Source: Schmidtea polychroa (taxonomy: Eukaryota). Taken from it: DNA of 64,000 bases. The number at the start of each line of letters is the position of its first letter. Position 1 is the stretch's first letter. A program made the position numbers and the translations under genes. Shown here piece after piece: positions 40,862 through 53,212 of this stretch. The notes beneath the pieces are model-generated. The model was given only the letters and a program-made list of their open reading frames with translations, did no database searches and was not told the origin of the DNA. Where the stretch lies: positions 43,214,001 to 43,278,000 of the forward strand of contig CM097887.1 of assembly GCA_044892525.1 (NCBI GenBank), in the 5' to 3' direction.

Positions 40862-41692
40862 CAGTGCTCTTCAACCTTTCGCAGTCGTCGGAACCCTTCC
40901 AAAAACTTTCGCAGTCGTCGGAACCCTTCCAATAAAAATTTCCCCATGTATATGTGGGCATGTATATATGTATTCAATTGGGGTTGTCGATGTGGTAATT
41001 TATAAAAAAATAATGCACTTTATAATATAAAATTATTTTATTTAAATAATTAATGGCAAAAATATAAAGTTTAACATAAAAAAAATAGAAATTTGATATT
41101 AAATGGTACTCAATGACTAGGTTGAGCCTGTTTTTTGCTACAAATTACATTGAAATCTGGTACAATTCTTGTAATTTGTAGCCTCATTTCATTTTCAGCA
41201 TCTAATTTATTTCTGTATTTTGTTTTTGTGGCAATATATAGCGAGAAAGATCTTTCACACATATAAGTGGTCACAAATGGCATCAAAATTTTAATAGCTT
41301 TTTTTGCGAGGTCAGGAAATTGGCAAAACATTTCAAGCCTATGATTATTCCTATGATTATAAATTTATTTTTAGAAACTATATTCAAATTTCAAAGGATT
41401 ATATATTGAAATTTAAAGAAAAAATCGAATTATTCTCAAATATTTTTGATAATTTATACTTTTCTTACATTTTTAGTAAATAAAAAAAATTTCAATGTCA
41501 TTGTAGCATTTCATAAATTTTCAAGGCGTAAAATTTTACAACAGAAAATTTTCAATGTATAAAATATAAATTATTATATGTTTATTTATATTGAAAACTT
41601 TTTTTATAAGAAATCATAAAATTTGTTCGCGGAACCCATAATTTTTTATACGGAACCCAAGGGTTCCGCGGAACCCAGGTTGAAGAACACTG
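40862..41692 (-). mobile_element. hAT/Buster deletion derivative (831 bp)
   Basis: TIR CAGTG(C/T)TCTTCAACCT; perfect TSD GGTTAAAG (central TA); C-terminal transposase ORF 41110..41331 with PFVTTYMCERSFS...KTKYRNKLD...KQAQPSH. Confidence 0.95.
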
Positions 41693-43539
41693 GGTTAAAG
41701 GAATGATGAGTTAAAAGTTGACCTGGAAAAGGATTAAGGACCGATTGCAGAGGAAATTAAGAATTCAATACAGCTTCAGTTTAGGCCAAAAATCAACATA
41801 TATATTATATAATTAAAAAAAATAAAAAAATTTATTATCCATTAATCGAAACTCTTCTCTCACTTAATACATATTGAGCAGCAAAGGTTTAACTTGTCAT
41901 TTACTTATTTAAAATTATTATATAGCAACATGCCGATATGCCTAAGTTACAAACCAACATTCTCATGATAACTGTTATTATAAATTGTGTCAATACATCA
42001 CATAATTTTTCACTGTCTAAAACTAAAACGGGCTAAAGAACTTATTTTGATTTTCAACTCTGATTTCTTTTTACTTTCAATTGACATTATTTATTGACAT
42101 ATTTATTAAAAATTAATTATGAATCAGTAAAGATATTGAAGTTTTTTTGATATCTTCATCGATTTATAGTAAATTTTTTAATATTATTTTTCGTAGGTAA
42201 AGATTTTCTCCAAATGACGGTATAATGTGATTGAATTTTTTTCATCAAGATTCAAATAGTACTTATATACTCGGAAGAACTACTATTAGGAGGAAAACGG
42301 TATTGATTCCGAAGGCTTTCGAAAATAACTTGATAAGAAATGTGCTTTACAGACAAAGGTAATTTGAATAAAAGCTCCATGAACTACAAATAACCAACTA
42401 AAAGTAAAATCAGATTTCGAGAAAATTGTAGAGTTGAATCTCGACGAGGGCAGTCTTAACACGTTTGCAAATTTCAAAATAAAATTTAGTTAGATCATAC
42501 TAGACACCTTAATTTCTATCAAGCGATTTAGATTACAGCACTGACTAATATTGTTAACAGTATTTCATTTTTAAGAATTATGCTTTTGATTTTAAAATTT
42601 AAACTTTAGTATTAGTAATCGCTTTCATGAAATAAAAATAAAATTTACTTTTTGTTTCCTTGATTGATTTGTTTTGATTGTATATTGTAGTTGGTTTTAA
42701 GTTTCCTATTATTATTATTTAGAAAAATATTAAATATATGGACAAAGAAAGTGTATTATTAAAAATAACTATGAAAAAAAACTAAAATATATAAAGAAGA
42801 TCCAAAAACAAAATTTATCGATTAACAAAACTATTTTGAAGTCTACTAATTATCGAAATTTTTAAAACTTATAATATTTGATAGGAAATATTTAAAACAT
42901 TACCATTTCATGAGCTGAAAGAAAATTAGCAATTATATGGAACTTTACCACAGTAAAATCAATGCTATTTTAAACGTATCCCCCAATTTATGACACTATA
43001 TAGTAACGAACAAAAGGAAGATTGTACTTTTACACTTGATGAACTTAAAAGTAAATATTCGCACGCGAATTCAGGAACATATCCGATTGAAAGGCTTGAA
43101 TTATATAGTTGAGCATGGGAAAATGTATAAAGATGTAACTGACTTAAAATCTTTGAAAATTTTATATGAAAACTTTAATAATAAATGGGAAAGAATTTTA
43201 TGTGAGGAATTGGTTATTATGCGGGGCCCAAAACAGCAAATGATAAGTGAGGCCCATTCCCATGGCAGCAGACGAGGAGCGAGACCCATGCAAAAATTTG
43301 CATTTCTACGTAAAATAATGAAAAATTAAAAATTAAATTACTTAAATTTTTACTCTATAACAGCGTTGACACATCAATAATTACAGTTATATTCATTTAA
43401 CTGAAGATCATAAAACTAAAAAAAAATTAAGTTAAAATGTTTTGTTTTGGCATGCTAATTGACAGTTCATATATAACTCTACATTATAAACTATATACAC
43501 TATAGCGTTGGTTTGGTTGTATCTTTACTTCCACCTTGT

Positions 43540-43770
43540 TTTTACAACTCACAAGCAAATTTTGCGAGTTTTGACGACTGCAAAATCTGAAATAAGTTCA
43601 TTATTGTCAAGATCCTTAGCAAGATCCTTCTCAATAGACAAAATAGCTAAGTTACTGAGCCGATCTTGAATCATTGTTGATCGCATAAAGGTTTTAATAA
43701 GTTTTAGTTTCGTAAACCTTCTTTCTCCGGAACCAACAGTGACAAGAATAGTTAGAAGTATGTTTAGTCA
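43540..43770 (-). pseudogene. hAT (ZMYM1-like) transposase C-terminal remnant
   Basis: LLTILVTVGSGERRFTKLKLIKTFMRSTMIQDRLSNLAILSIEKDLA...ELISDFA. Confidence 0.8.
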
Positions 43771-43874
43771 AAACACGTTTATATAGGTTCATGAGGCGTT
43801 AGTCAGTATCGCATTTTATTGTTAGTATGTATTGAGTAATTGTGTATGTGTTGAGTCCCTGTATATATTTTGCA

Positions 43875-44420
43875 TAGTGTTTCTTAACCCTTTTCAAAGC
43901 CCGCGCCCCTTCGAATTTTATAGTGATTTAGCACCCCAAATTTGTTGGGGATCCCAGGTTTAAATTAAACGCCATATCAAAAATTTAAATGAATTCTAAT
44001 ACTTTTTTTCTACATTTGAAAGTGAATAATTACAATTCAAAATATACAAAATTTAATGTGAAATTTTTTGTTATTTTTTCTAATAATTTCTTGGTAGCGA
44101 GGAAATTTTTGAAAGCGCATGTTATCACTCGCATTTAGTCGATTTCTATTTTATTTTTAACATTTCCTAAAACTGAAAATCCTGCTTCGCAGAGGTAGGT
44201 AGTAGCGAATAGAACAAGTAACTCCAACGCAATCTTATCAAGACTCTAGTTGCGTACACCAAAAATTTGCAAGAGTTGACTTTTCAAAAAACATAGCATC
44301 ACGTGCTCTACTTTGAAGTTCAATGAGATCATCTTGCAGTAAATCTTCATTATCAATGTCATTAATATTGAAAAGAAATGGATCCATCTCCGATCCATAC
44401 TCATTTTCCGTCGAAAAATA
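43875..44420 (-). mobile_element. hAT/Buster 3' remnant
   Basis: ALELLVLFATTYLCEAGFS...KNKNRNRLNAS...QKISH*; terminal TAGTGTTTCTTAACC. Confidence 0.75.
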
Positions 44421-45136
44421 ACTATCAAATGATTTTTAATTTCTGAACAGATAGTAGATTTCGAAATAGTGCGGCACAACAAAATGTCACAATACCTACT
44501 TCAATTTGACTGTTTCGCCCCCCCCAGAAATCTTATCCCGCGCCATTAGTGGTGCATGCGCCCCTGGTTTAATTATTTATTGTATGCATGATCAGTAAAG
44601 GAAAAGCCTACAGTAATTGGTTAGATGTGGACACTAGAGAAGATATTTGTTAGAATATGACTGATAAAATGATTATGGAATCCATTTGCCGTTACGAAGA
44701 TTTTCAAGAAGAAACCGAAGAAAGTGCCAGTGGGATAACTGATATACCGCTGACAACAAAAGAAGCAATAGCAACCATGGAAACTGTTATAAAATGAGCT
44801 GAATCAAAAGAAAATATTAGCAGTGACAGATACAGAAGTTATAAAAAAGCGAACCAACAAAATTATTTACTTTTTTTAAGCGTGATTGAGTAATTGAAAT
44901 GATGCAGAATACAGATATTTTAGTCAAGTTATAGACAGTGTTTATTTTTACATATATGTACTTATTAAGATGTATGTGAATTTCTATAATTATTTAGGTA
45001 TCCTCATCATACACCAGGCTTAACACGAATAGATTCTGCTAGATCACCAAGTCAAGCGAAAATAACAAACGCATAGAAATAGGAGTCTCGTCTCATCAGT
45101 TCGGGCGAATATTACCATTCCGTGTTAATCGAGGGA

Positions 45137-45140
<4 letters not shown>

Positions 45141-45212
<72 letters not shown>
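45141..45212. repeat. (TA)n microsatellite
   Basis: About 72-bp perfect TA run abutting the element at 45213. Confidence 0.98.
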
Positions 45213-45214
<2 letters not shown>

Positions 45215-45980
45215 ATTTCCCAGAGAAAAGTAAATTTTTACCAATTAAAAGTAAATTTTTCCCAAATAAAAGTAAATTTTTCCCATTTAAAAGTAAATTT
45301 TTCACAATTAAAAGTAAATTTTAAATTGCAACCATAAATAACAAAAATTAATTTAAAATTTAAAAAAATATTGAAAATGTGTTTTAATATTATGTTCTGT
45401 TAAAATATGTTTACCGCCAAAATAGCATAGGAATAAAGTTTTTAAAACCATAATGGAAGAAGAAAATTTAACAGACAGACATGATTCATTTATCATTTTC
45501 TCTCACCATATTCCTACATGATTAATCCGATTGAATCCGCTTTTTCGAAAATAAAAATGTATTGTGCATGGAATGTTAAGTACAGAAAATGTTGGAAATC
45601 TATCTCAAATGATTACTAATGCATCAACACAAGTGACTTCTGATGATGCACCAGGATTTTTTAGGCTAATGTCTAGAAATATAACAAATGCAGCTGCAGG
45701 TTTGCCTTACCATCATGTGTAAATAAAATTTAATGCTTACTTATGAACCTTGTAATAATATTTGTTTAATTATATTTACTTGTTATAATAAATAATTTTT
45801 GTTTAAATTACTATACTTTTAAATGGGAAAAATTTACTTTTAAAAGGGAAAAATTTACTTTTAAATGGGAAAAATTTACTTTTAAAAGGGAAAAATTTAC
45901 TTTTAAATGGGAAAAATTTACTTTTAAATGAGAAAAATTTACTTTTAATTGGGAAAAATTTACTTTTCTCTGGGAAATGA
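45213..45980 (+). mobile_element. IS630/Tc1-type deletion derivative with long TIRs built of 21-bp tandem repeats
   Basis: Termini CCATTTCCCAGAG...CTCTGGGAAATGA in (TA)n; about 5 left and 7 right copies of AAAAGTAAATTTTTCCCATTT; internal SPYSYMINPIESAFSKIK motif (DDE_3 catalytic E region). Confidence 0.85.
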
Positions 45981-46135
45981 TATATATATATATAATAAAA
46001 TTAATAATTATTTTTATTTAAATTAAAGATATTTTGATAGCATGGGAAAATTGGAAATGCTAATAAGCAGTGTGAGACAAATAACAATTTAATTGTTTTT
46101 TAAATATAGAAAGTCTTTTACATAATTTAATAGAG

Positions 46136-46456
46136 CAGGGGTGCCCATTAGGTCGATCGCGAAGGATTTTTTAGTAGATCTTCATAAAAAAAATATTTTT
46201 TATATAAATTTAGATTTTATATAAAATTTCTGTTTTATGCTTAAATATTTTGCCAATTTTCATGTTCTGTGTTCCATTTCTATGGTAATACTAAATAACA
46301 TTTTTTAATTTTGATTTCACCATTTCCAAAATGTTATTTAGTTTAATTTAATTTTGTTTATTTAGTTTAAATATTATGTAAGTATTAAAAAAGTAGATCG
46401 CATACACATTTTGGATGTGAATGTAGCTCTCCTAGAAAAATTAGTGGGCACCCCTG
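46136..46456. mobile_element. hAT/Buster MITE (321 bp)
   Basis: TIR CAGGGGTGCCCA; perfect TSD TAATAGAG. Confidence 0.93.
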
Positions 46457-47111
46457 TAATAGAGTAACTAGATTTGAATTCAGAATTCATTTTGTCCTAG
46501 ATTATTGATTGAAAATATTGGAATTTTATAAAAATATCATTGTCTAAATCCTTATTGTGTTCTGATTAAGTGATTCGACAGTCATTGATAGGCATCTATA
46601 ATAAACGTGTGTTTGATATTCTTATCGAGCTTGTATGTATGTGAACTTTGCCAAAGTGCTCCATAAACACCCCAAGTGTCACTAGCGCTCAATAGGAAAT
46701 CTCAGCATACAGACTATTGGCGATGAAGAGAGAAAATCCAGATCAGCAGTATCATGTATTATTTTGATGCTTCTCGGTAATTAAATTGGATGTATGACAA
46801 TGCATATTTCCCTGTCATTTATTCTTAATAATTTGAACTTGTCACAGTAATAATAATAATACGAGGCTCGTGTTAATTACTTTCCACGGAACACAGTTTG
46901 GAAAATGCTGCATTAATGATAATAAATGTGGAAAGCGGTGGGATACAAACAGGGCATTTCCAAAAAAGGGAATAGATGGATTAACAATGTCCTTTTTAAC
47001 AACGTAAGTCCTCAGTGTTAATATAATGACTCATCTATAAGAGATTCAATGGGTAAAGTAATATGGGAAACATTTTAAAGCAATTATTACATAGAATTTA
47101 TATATCAATAC

Positions 47112-48941
47112 CTTCATTATTATATTTTGAATACGATTCATTCCAGGGAGGTTTTGGTAGACGAGGATTTTTTGAATTTGACATAAATGAATTTTTAGTG
47201 TGAAAAGGTGTATCCAATGATTCAGATTCAGTCAAATCTAATATTTCCGATGGTGCCAAACTTTCAAAAATCAAGGCTCCTATCGGAACACAGTGTTTAG
47301 GTCGAATAACGGGATCGTAAAGATCGTCGGAAAATTCATAGAGATAGACCTATGTTTATGTTAACAAAAAATATTTCAATGTAAAAAAGAGAAATACTAG
47401 TGATTTAATGTATTGTATAGCATGTTTTTCATTGGGAATAGGACGTTCTTCACAGACATGGGAATCGAAGTTCGGAGTAGGCGCTAGAAGAACTTTCGGA
47501 TCATACATGGGAACCATCTTTCTTTTACCGAGCATATACTGTCAACAAATACAATTTAACCGACCATTACTCGAATTTTAATTCATTTCGAATTATTAAC
47601 CAATCAGAATGAATAGCAAATCAGAATTATTAAAACTAGTAAATGTTTCTAACGAAGTACCATTTTTCGTTTCACTAATTCATCTACCCTATTATATACA
47701 ACCACATTCGTATTAAACAAATAATGCAAAGGATTTATGATTTCTTTTGTGATGCATCATTACATTGCTATTGTAGGACTTCAATATGACTTTAAAACTG
47801 AGATTATTTGAGTTTCGTATACAAATTTTGTGTCCTTTAGGTTTTGGTCAATGGGACTAACGAATGAAACACCTATGAAATAATGACGTTGCAGTAACGG
47901 ATTGGATAAATATACTCTTAACAAAAACAATTCAAAGTTGCATTTAAATCCTTCTATTAAAAAGCTATTTATATATAAAATTTATATTTATACTGTTACG
48001 CATTTATCAATCATATTGATCACATTAACAAAAAATAACCATGGGGAATATAATTCTAAATGGCTAAATTCCTAACTGGAACTCTTTGCTGATATTGGAG
48101 TAAAAAACACATAGGGTGTAATCAGGTAATAAACACTCGTTAAATTGAAATTACTTTAAAGATAGTATTAATATTAATTAAGTGAATAGACAAACTATCA
48201 TATCTATTTATAATATGTTACATATCCTTAATATAACCCTATATTGAAACAGAAAGAAGTACAATGCCGCCATTTTACTTTATGCATGTTAGACATACAA
48301 CTTCGACTACGTGTTTTTATGTCACGACTATATTTCTGTAGGTTTTTTATCTAAATTCAATACATTTCCCTCGCGAAATCACTTTAAACATTTTTCAAAA
48401 TAATTCCTAATTTACTTTGAAAACTATTAGAGTAATTTCTTCTGAATTGAATTTATTGCGAGCTTCGTTTAAACATACATCGGCATTCATGCTGATATGG
48501 ACTCCGGAAGTACAATGGCCTAGATAGTTATATGGACGCATTTTAATCTCCAATCCTTCTTCGGCTAATTTGTCTATTAATCCATTATTATTCGTTGCGA
48601 GAAATCCGAATCGAACATCCCAATTGTCGGAATAATACGCTCGTTCTCTAATTTCATCCCGCTTTTCTGTGAAGATAATTGTTTAACTATATAATTTTTT
48701 TTAATTAAAACCATTGAATTCTCGTTCGAAACTTTTATTTTGGATGATAAAAGCATTTTTTAAATTCCACGAGTCCTCTATATGTACAGAATGATTTAGA
48801 TTTGTAGAACTTATGTTTTCAATTAATTCATAAGTTTCATTACTTTCTATAGGAATTTCATCAACATGATCTATAAGAAGAATTAGAAAATTTTAAGTTT
48901 TCACAATTACTTACAAGGTTTAATATCTTGGAGATTTAACG
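47112..48941 (-). CDS. TASOR: TASOR-like gene B, exons encoding a DUF3715 (pseudo-PARP) domain; exons 48915-48941, 48712-48870, 48416-48666, 47398-47538, 47112-47349
   Basis: GT-AG introns in the same positions and phases as gene A (159- and 141-bp exons identical in length). Open spliced frame ...AFIIQNKSFEREFNEKRDEI...RFGFLAT...EGLEI...YLGHCTSGVHISMNAD...LIVFKYMLGKRK...APTPNFDSHV...VYLYEF...RPKHCVPIGALIF. About 59% aa identity to gene A in the largest exon (50/85, hand count). Start codon not located. Confidence 0.88.
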
Positions 48942-49193
48942 CTAACATTAATAATAAAATTTATAATAAAATTATTAAATACAATATAGGCAGAAAATGT
49001 TTACAAATTATAACAAATTTATAAGTTTAAAGTATAATATTTTTTAGGGTATTAATTTTAAATATTAATTATGAATTCCAAATTTTATTAAAGTGAATGA
49101 AACGGTAATTATTTGAATATTTTAATTATTATTTTTAGATTTTCTAATGCCGTTTTTTCATCGTATTTATATTTCAAACATCTTACTTGTTTG

Positions 49194-49967
49194 CAGGCGG
49201 CACCCAGGGGCTCACGGGCTTGAGCCCCTAAGCTCATATAAAAATCATTACTTTTATTTCAATGTGTACTCAATTTAATAAGTGAAATTATCTAAATTAT
49301 TATCTAAAAATGTGACCGGCAAGTGATGAACCCAATGCTACACCGCTGCTTGCACTGACAAGCCAGGAATGAGTGTGAAAAAGACTCTTTGAAAATCTGG
49401 AAAAAATTTTCTTTTGTCCGGTTATGCCATGTTGTGTGTGAATCGACCTTAAGTTGGCAAAATAATAAAAATTGATATGGGTGGCGTTGACTGTGTAAGC
49501 GGCACACTTTGTAGTAAATACTGTATACTCTGCAAGTTTATTAATCATTTTGCATTCGCATATTCTTGTTGACAGTTCACGTTGTGTGCAAGCACTTTGT
49601 GCAACGTTACTTCTGTAAATAATGGATGATAATCGAATAAATGGGTTGGCTTTGTTGAACATCGACCAAGAAGTTGACTTAAATGTAGATTACATACTCA
49701 AAGAATTAGCACAACATAAACGAAAATTTAATATAAAATACTTAATACTAATTTTATTATTTATATAATTTGTATTTGTATAAGTTATTAAAAACAATGA
49801 AAATTTATCCAAATATGTGTATGAATTTATCCCTTTCTATACAAAATGAATATAAAATATTTTAATCAGTATTATATTAAAAATATTTAAATTGAACTTG
49901 GCTATTATTAATATAACTGTTATTTTATTTGGGCTCCAGCTTAACGAAAAACCTGGGTGCGCACCTG
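49194..49967 (+). mobile_element. hAT deletion derivative (P52rIPK/ZMYM1-like group)
   Basis: Ends CAGGCGGCACCCAGG...CCTGGGTGCGCACCTG; remnant MDDNRINGLALLNIDQEVDLNVDYILKELA; TSD not clean. Confidence 0.75.
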
Positions 49968-52055
49968 TATTGGTTGCATTCAAATATTGGTAAATACGTA
50001 TGCTCTATTCAATTTTATGAAATGGGTTTCAAAGATTTCGAATTAATTTTGAATTTTTAGTTATTTCAGTGTTGGTGTTTCAAGAATTTGTTGTTCAAGA
50101 TTCAGTTAGCAGACAAAATCAAATAGTGGCGTGGTTGTGTGAAGTCAGAATAAGCCTTCAAGAACGTCAAGGATGACTACTGCATCAACCGCATACATAC
50201 TCGTGCGGTCTGTGTATATTGTTACTACATGCAGGGACTGAGTACACTAGAAAAATGAGTCCTCTATTTCGAACTGCGCTGTTGGTGCATTCCTAAGGTT
50301 TTAGAACTTCCGATAGAAGTTCATACGTCATATGCGATGATTTGAAATATTAGTGTAAGAGTTACAGTTGATCGGGCTTCTTGGAACCGAAGGATGAGGA
50401 ATTAGCGCAGTTATTTGCAATGGCAAACAAAGCCTATACAAACAACAGAAGACGAACGAAGACGGAAAAATATAAAAATCTAACAGCACACTTATATACA
50501 CTTCTACACTAAATTCATAATGACAGTTTATCTAATTTGAAATCCGAAGCATTCAAGTTGAAGTAAAATATGGGACGCTATCCTGAAGGCTAGGGCACTA
50601 AAATGGAGTTGGCTTGGAGTTTAGCTAGCCATCGTGCCTTAGCTAGTAGTCGATGGGGACAGTTTTTGTTAGATGATTATTTTGCTGTTCCTTGGTAGCA
50701 TTTTATCAGACGTCGGGGTTATAAGCAGGGGTTTCATACTTTTCAGTAGAGGAGCAATCTGCTTGCACTTCTGATTTGACTCAGATATCATGCGATGGAT
50801 CGGGATGACTTCAAGTATGGTAGAGCCTTCGAGTAGGGGCAGATAATTCCATATATGTTCGACAGAGTAGCTGGTGCTGATTGTGAATAAAGTTTTATGG
50901 TGCATAATGTATTTTCCTTGGAGATCTAAAGTTAATTTCCCTTTAAATTTAATGTTGCAAATCCCTGTTTGTTGATTCCATATTTTACTTAACCCTAGAA
51001 TTTTATTTAGGAGATTAATACCAATAAATTAGAATTAATTTAATTTATTTTAGCCTTCTTTCATAATTTGTTAATTACGTTACGAAAAAAGCTTTCTGTT
51101 ATATTTTATGTTCGGATCGCTTAAACTGATTTTTTACTGGAACGATGATGATTTAATCCCCAAATTGATGGTTATGACATTTGTTATGAGATTTTCGATT
51201 TATTTCATTTAGATTTAGAATAATATTCTCGTTTATTAATAGTTCAGATATTTGTTTTCCCATTTTTTAGTTTCCTCGACCAGCAATAGATTTGAAAAAG
51301 CACTCAACAAAGGTAACGTGAATCTCTCAAACCTTCATGATACTTAATAGGCTATTAGTGTTAAATTCTATGAATAGACACTAATTATTGATCTGGTCTC
51401 GTTAGTTACTGATATCAGATATCTGTTGGCGGGAAAATAAGATATACGATTATCATGGTGTCAATTTGAGAAAAGTTTGATCCTATTTCTCGACGATATC
51501 GATCCAGGCTTTGGGCCTTCAAATCTTTTCGCTATCCTGACATCTTTAGTGCCTATTAGTCATCGAGACATTCTGATTTTTCGATATTATATTAAATCTG
51601 CGCGATTCATTAATTTATTCTAGACCCGAATCAGAACACCTGCCACACTCATGACACACCTATTCCGGAGGCTATCCTGAATCAACGCCCGCTGCCTACC
51701 ACTTCGGGTAGTATAAATCTGCTACTAAGGCCTCAGGTGTAATCTCGTCCATGCTTGCACTTCCCTGATTTCGAACATGAAATCTAATTGACCATTTAGG
51801 TGTTAATCAGTGAACTTATCTGTCAGACCAGAGTGTGATAGGGCTTGTTCCACTCTACTATCATCCGGCAGGACACCTCTTGATTTGTCTATCTTTACAC
51901 TAGTTTTGACCTGTTAAGGTAACCCTCAAAGTAAGCATATGCTGGTCACCAAATTAGTATGCTGAAATGTTTGGGCTGTCTCGAAAAATGCATATCGAAA
52001 TCATATAACAATATAAATGAAATAAGCTACTATGTTACATTAAAGGTTTTATTAA

Positions 52056-52295
52056 CCCTCTCCGTGTAAAAAATAATGCTGATATTTATAGTGACCCGTT
52101 CTATTCCCACAAAAACAGTTACAAAATGTGCCTTCAGCTTCATCCCGATGGATTCAAAGCTGGAAAAGGGACACATCTTTCTGTTTTCTTTTTCATAATG
52201 CGCGGTGAAAACGATGTACTTTTGCAATGGCCTATGAAACTTGAAGTGACATCTTGCTTTAATGTCGAATATATTCGACAAATATACGGAGAGGG
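52056..52295. mobile_element. piggyBac-type TTAA element (240 bp) carrying a host TRAF fragment
   Basis: TTAA-CCCTCTCCGT...ACGGAGAGGG-TTAA (14-bp perfect inversion including TTAA). Confidence 0.9.
52081..52260 (+). pseudogene. TRAF-family MATH/TRAF-C domain coding fragment
   Basis: Open frame DIYSDPFYSHKNSYKMCLQLHPDGFKAGKGTHLSVFFFIMRGENDVLLQWPMKLEVTSCF matches the TRAF signature S.PFY....YKMC....P.G...GKGTHLS.F...M.G..D.LL.WP....VT. Not in the supplied ORF track. Confidence 0.9.
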
Positions 52296-52788
52296 TTAAT
52301 ATAAAAATGAAACTTTACAATTATAAAATGGGAACAATGACATAATTATTCATATACTGATTGCATAATATAATATTAAAAAAAATTAACAATCAGTAAT
52401 TACCGTTAAGTTGTCAAACAAAAATAATGAACAGTTTCAGTAGAATCGAAAAAGGTTCAATTTCAAAATATAAGTGTTTTCAGTTCGTTCCATCTGTCAA
52501 ATCGAGGCCTTAATAAATTGACAGTAAGTTACTGCCACCAATATTTTTAGCCGAGAGTTTTCTAATCGCCATCTTCCTTTTCGGCATTTTCTATGTCTTT
52601 CTAATTATTTTGGCGTTTTGCGATGCTATTTAAAAATGTTTCATGTGCTACTGGTTGTCGTTTCTTTATTTCAGGTAGTTCTGTTTTATTTTTAATTATT
52701 TTTTAATTAAATTTTCTTGTTTGGTTGATGCTGATTACTTTTAATTTAGTAACATTTTGGGTTTTATGCTATGTAGGTCTGATTTCGG

Positions 52789-53212
52789 CAGTGCTCGAAG
52801 TGGAACAAAATATGTGCCGGGATAGGCATGCTGTGGCACCCGGGATTCCAGGCTTTTATGCAGAAATTTTCAGTTGGGGGTGTTGCAAAACTTTGGGGGG
52901 TGTCCAACAAATTTTTTGGGGGGGGTGTCCACCCATTTAATCATAAATTTCAGAATATACCTACCTATCCATTACTGCTGCTTGGGAAATTCTTAATTGA
53001 ATAGAGAATAGAGAATAAAGAATATATATATATATATATATATATGGATGTACTATGTGTGACCTTAATTGCAGTATTTGTGTGCCTATAAAATGAAATA
53101 AGTACCGGGATAAACCTATAGATTATATGAAATGAAGTGCCGGGATGCAATTCCGCCTACATAATCAATGCCGGGATAATATCCCGGCTATCCCGCCTCA
53201 CTTCGAGCACTG
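52789..53212. mobile_element. hAT MITE (424 bp)
   Basis: TIR CAGTGCTCGAAGTG; perfect TSD GATTTCGG; CCGGGAT subterminal repeats. Confidence 0.93.

Noticed and set aside
45213-45980. 21-bp repeats as a CRISPR-like array
   Set aside because: No spacers; contiguous units in inverted arms of a transposon, in a eukaryotic context.
50050-51950. GC-richer region with possible Gypsy integrase tail (KRFEGP) and env-like text
   Set aside because: Too decayed to assign boundaries or family.
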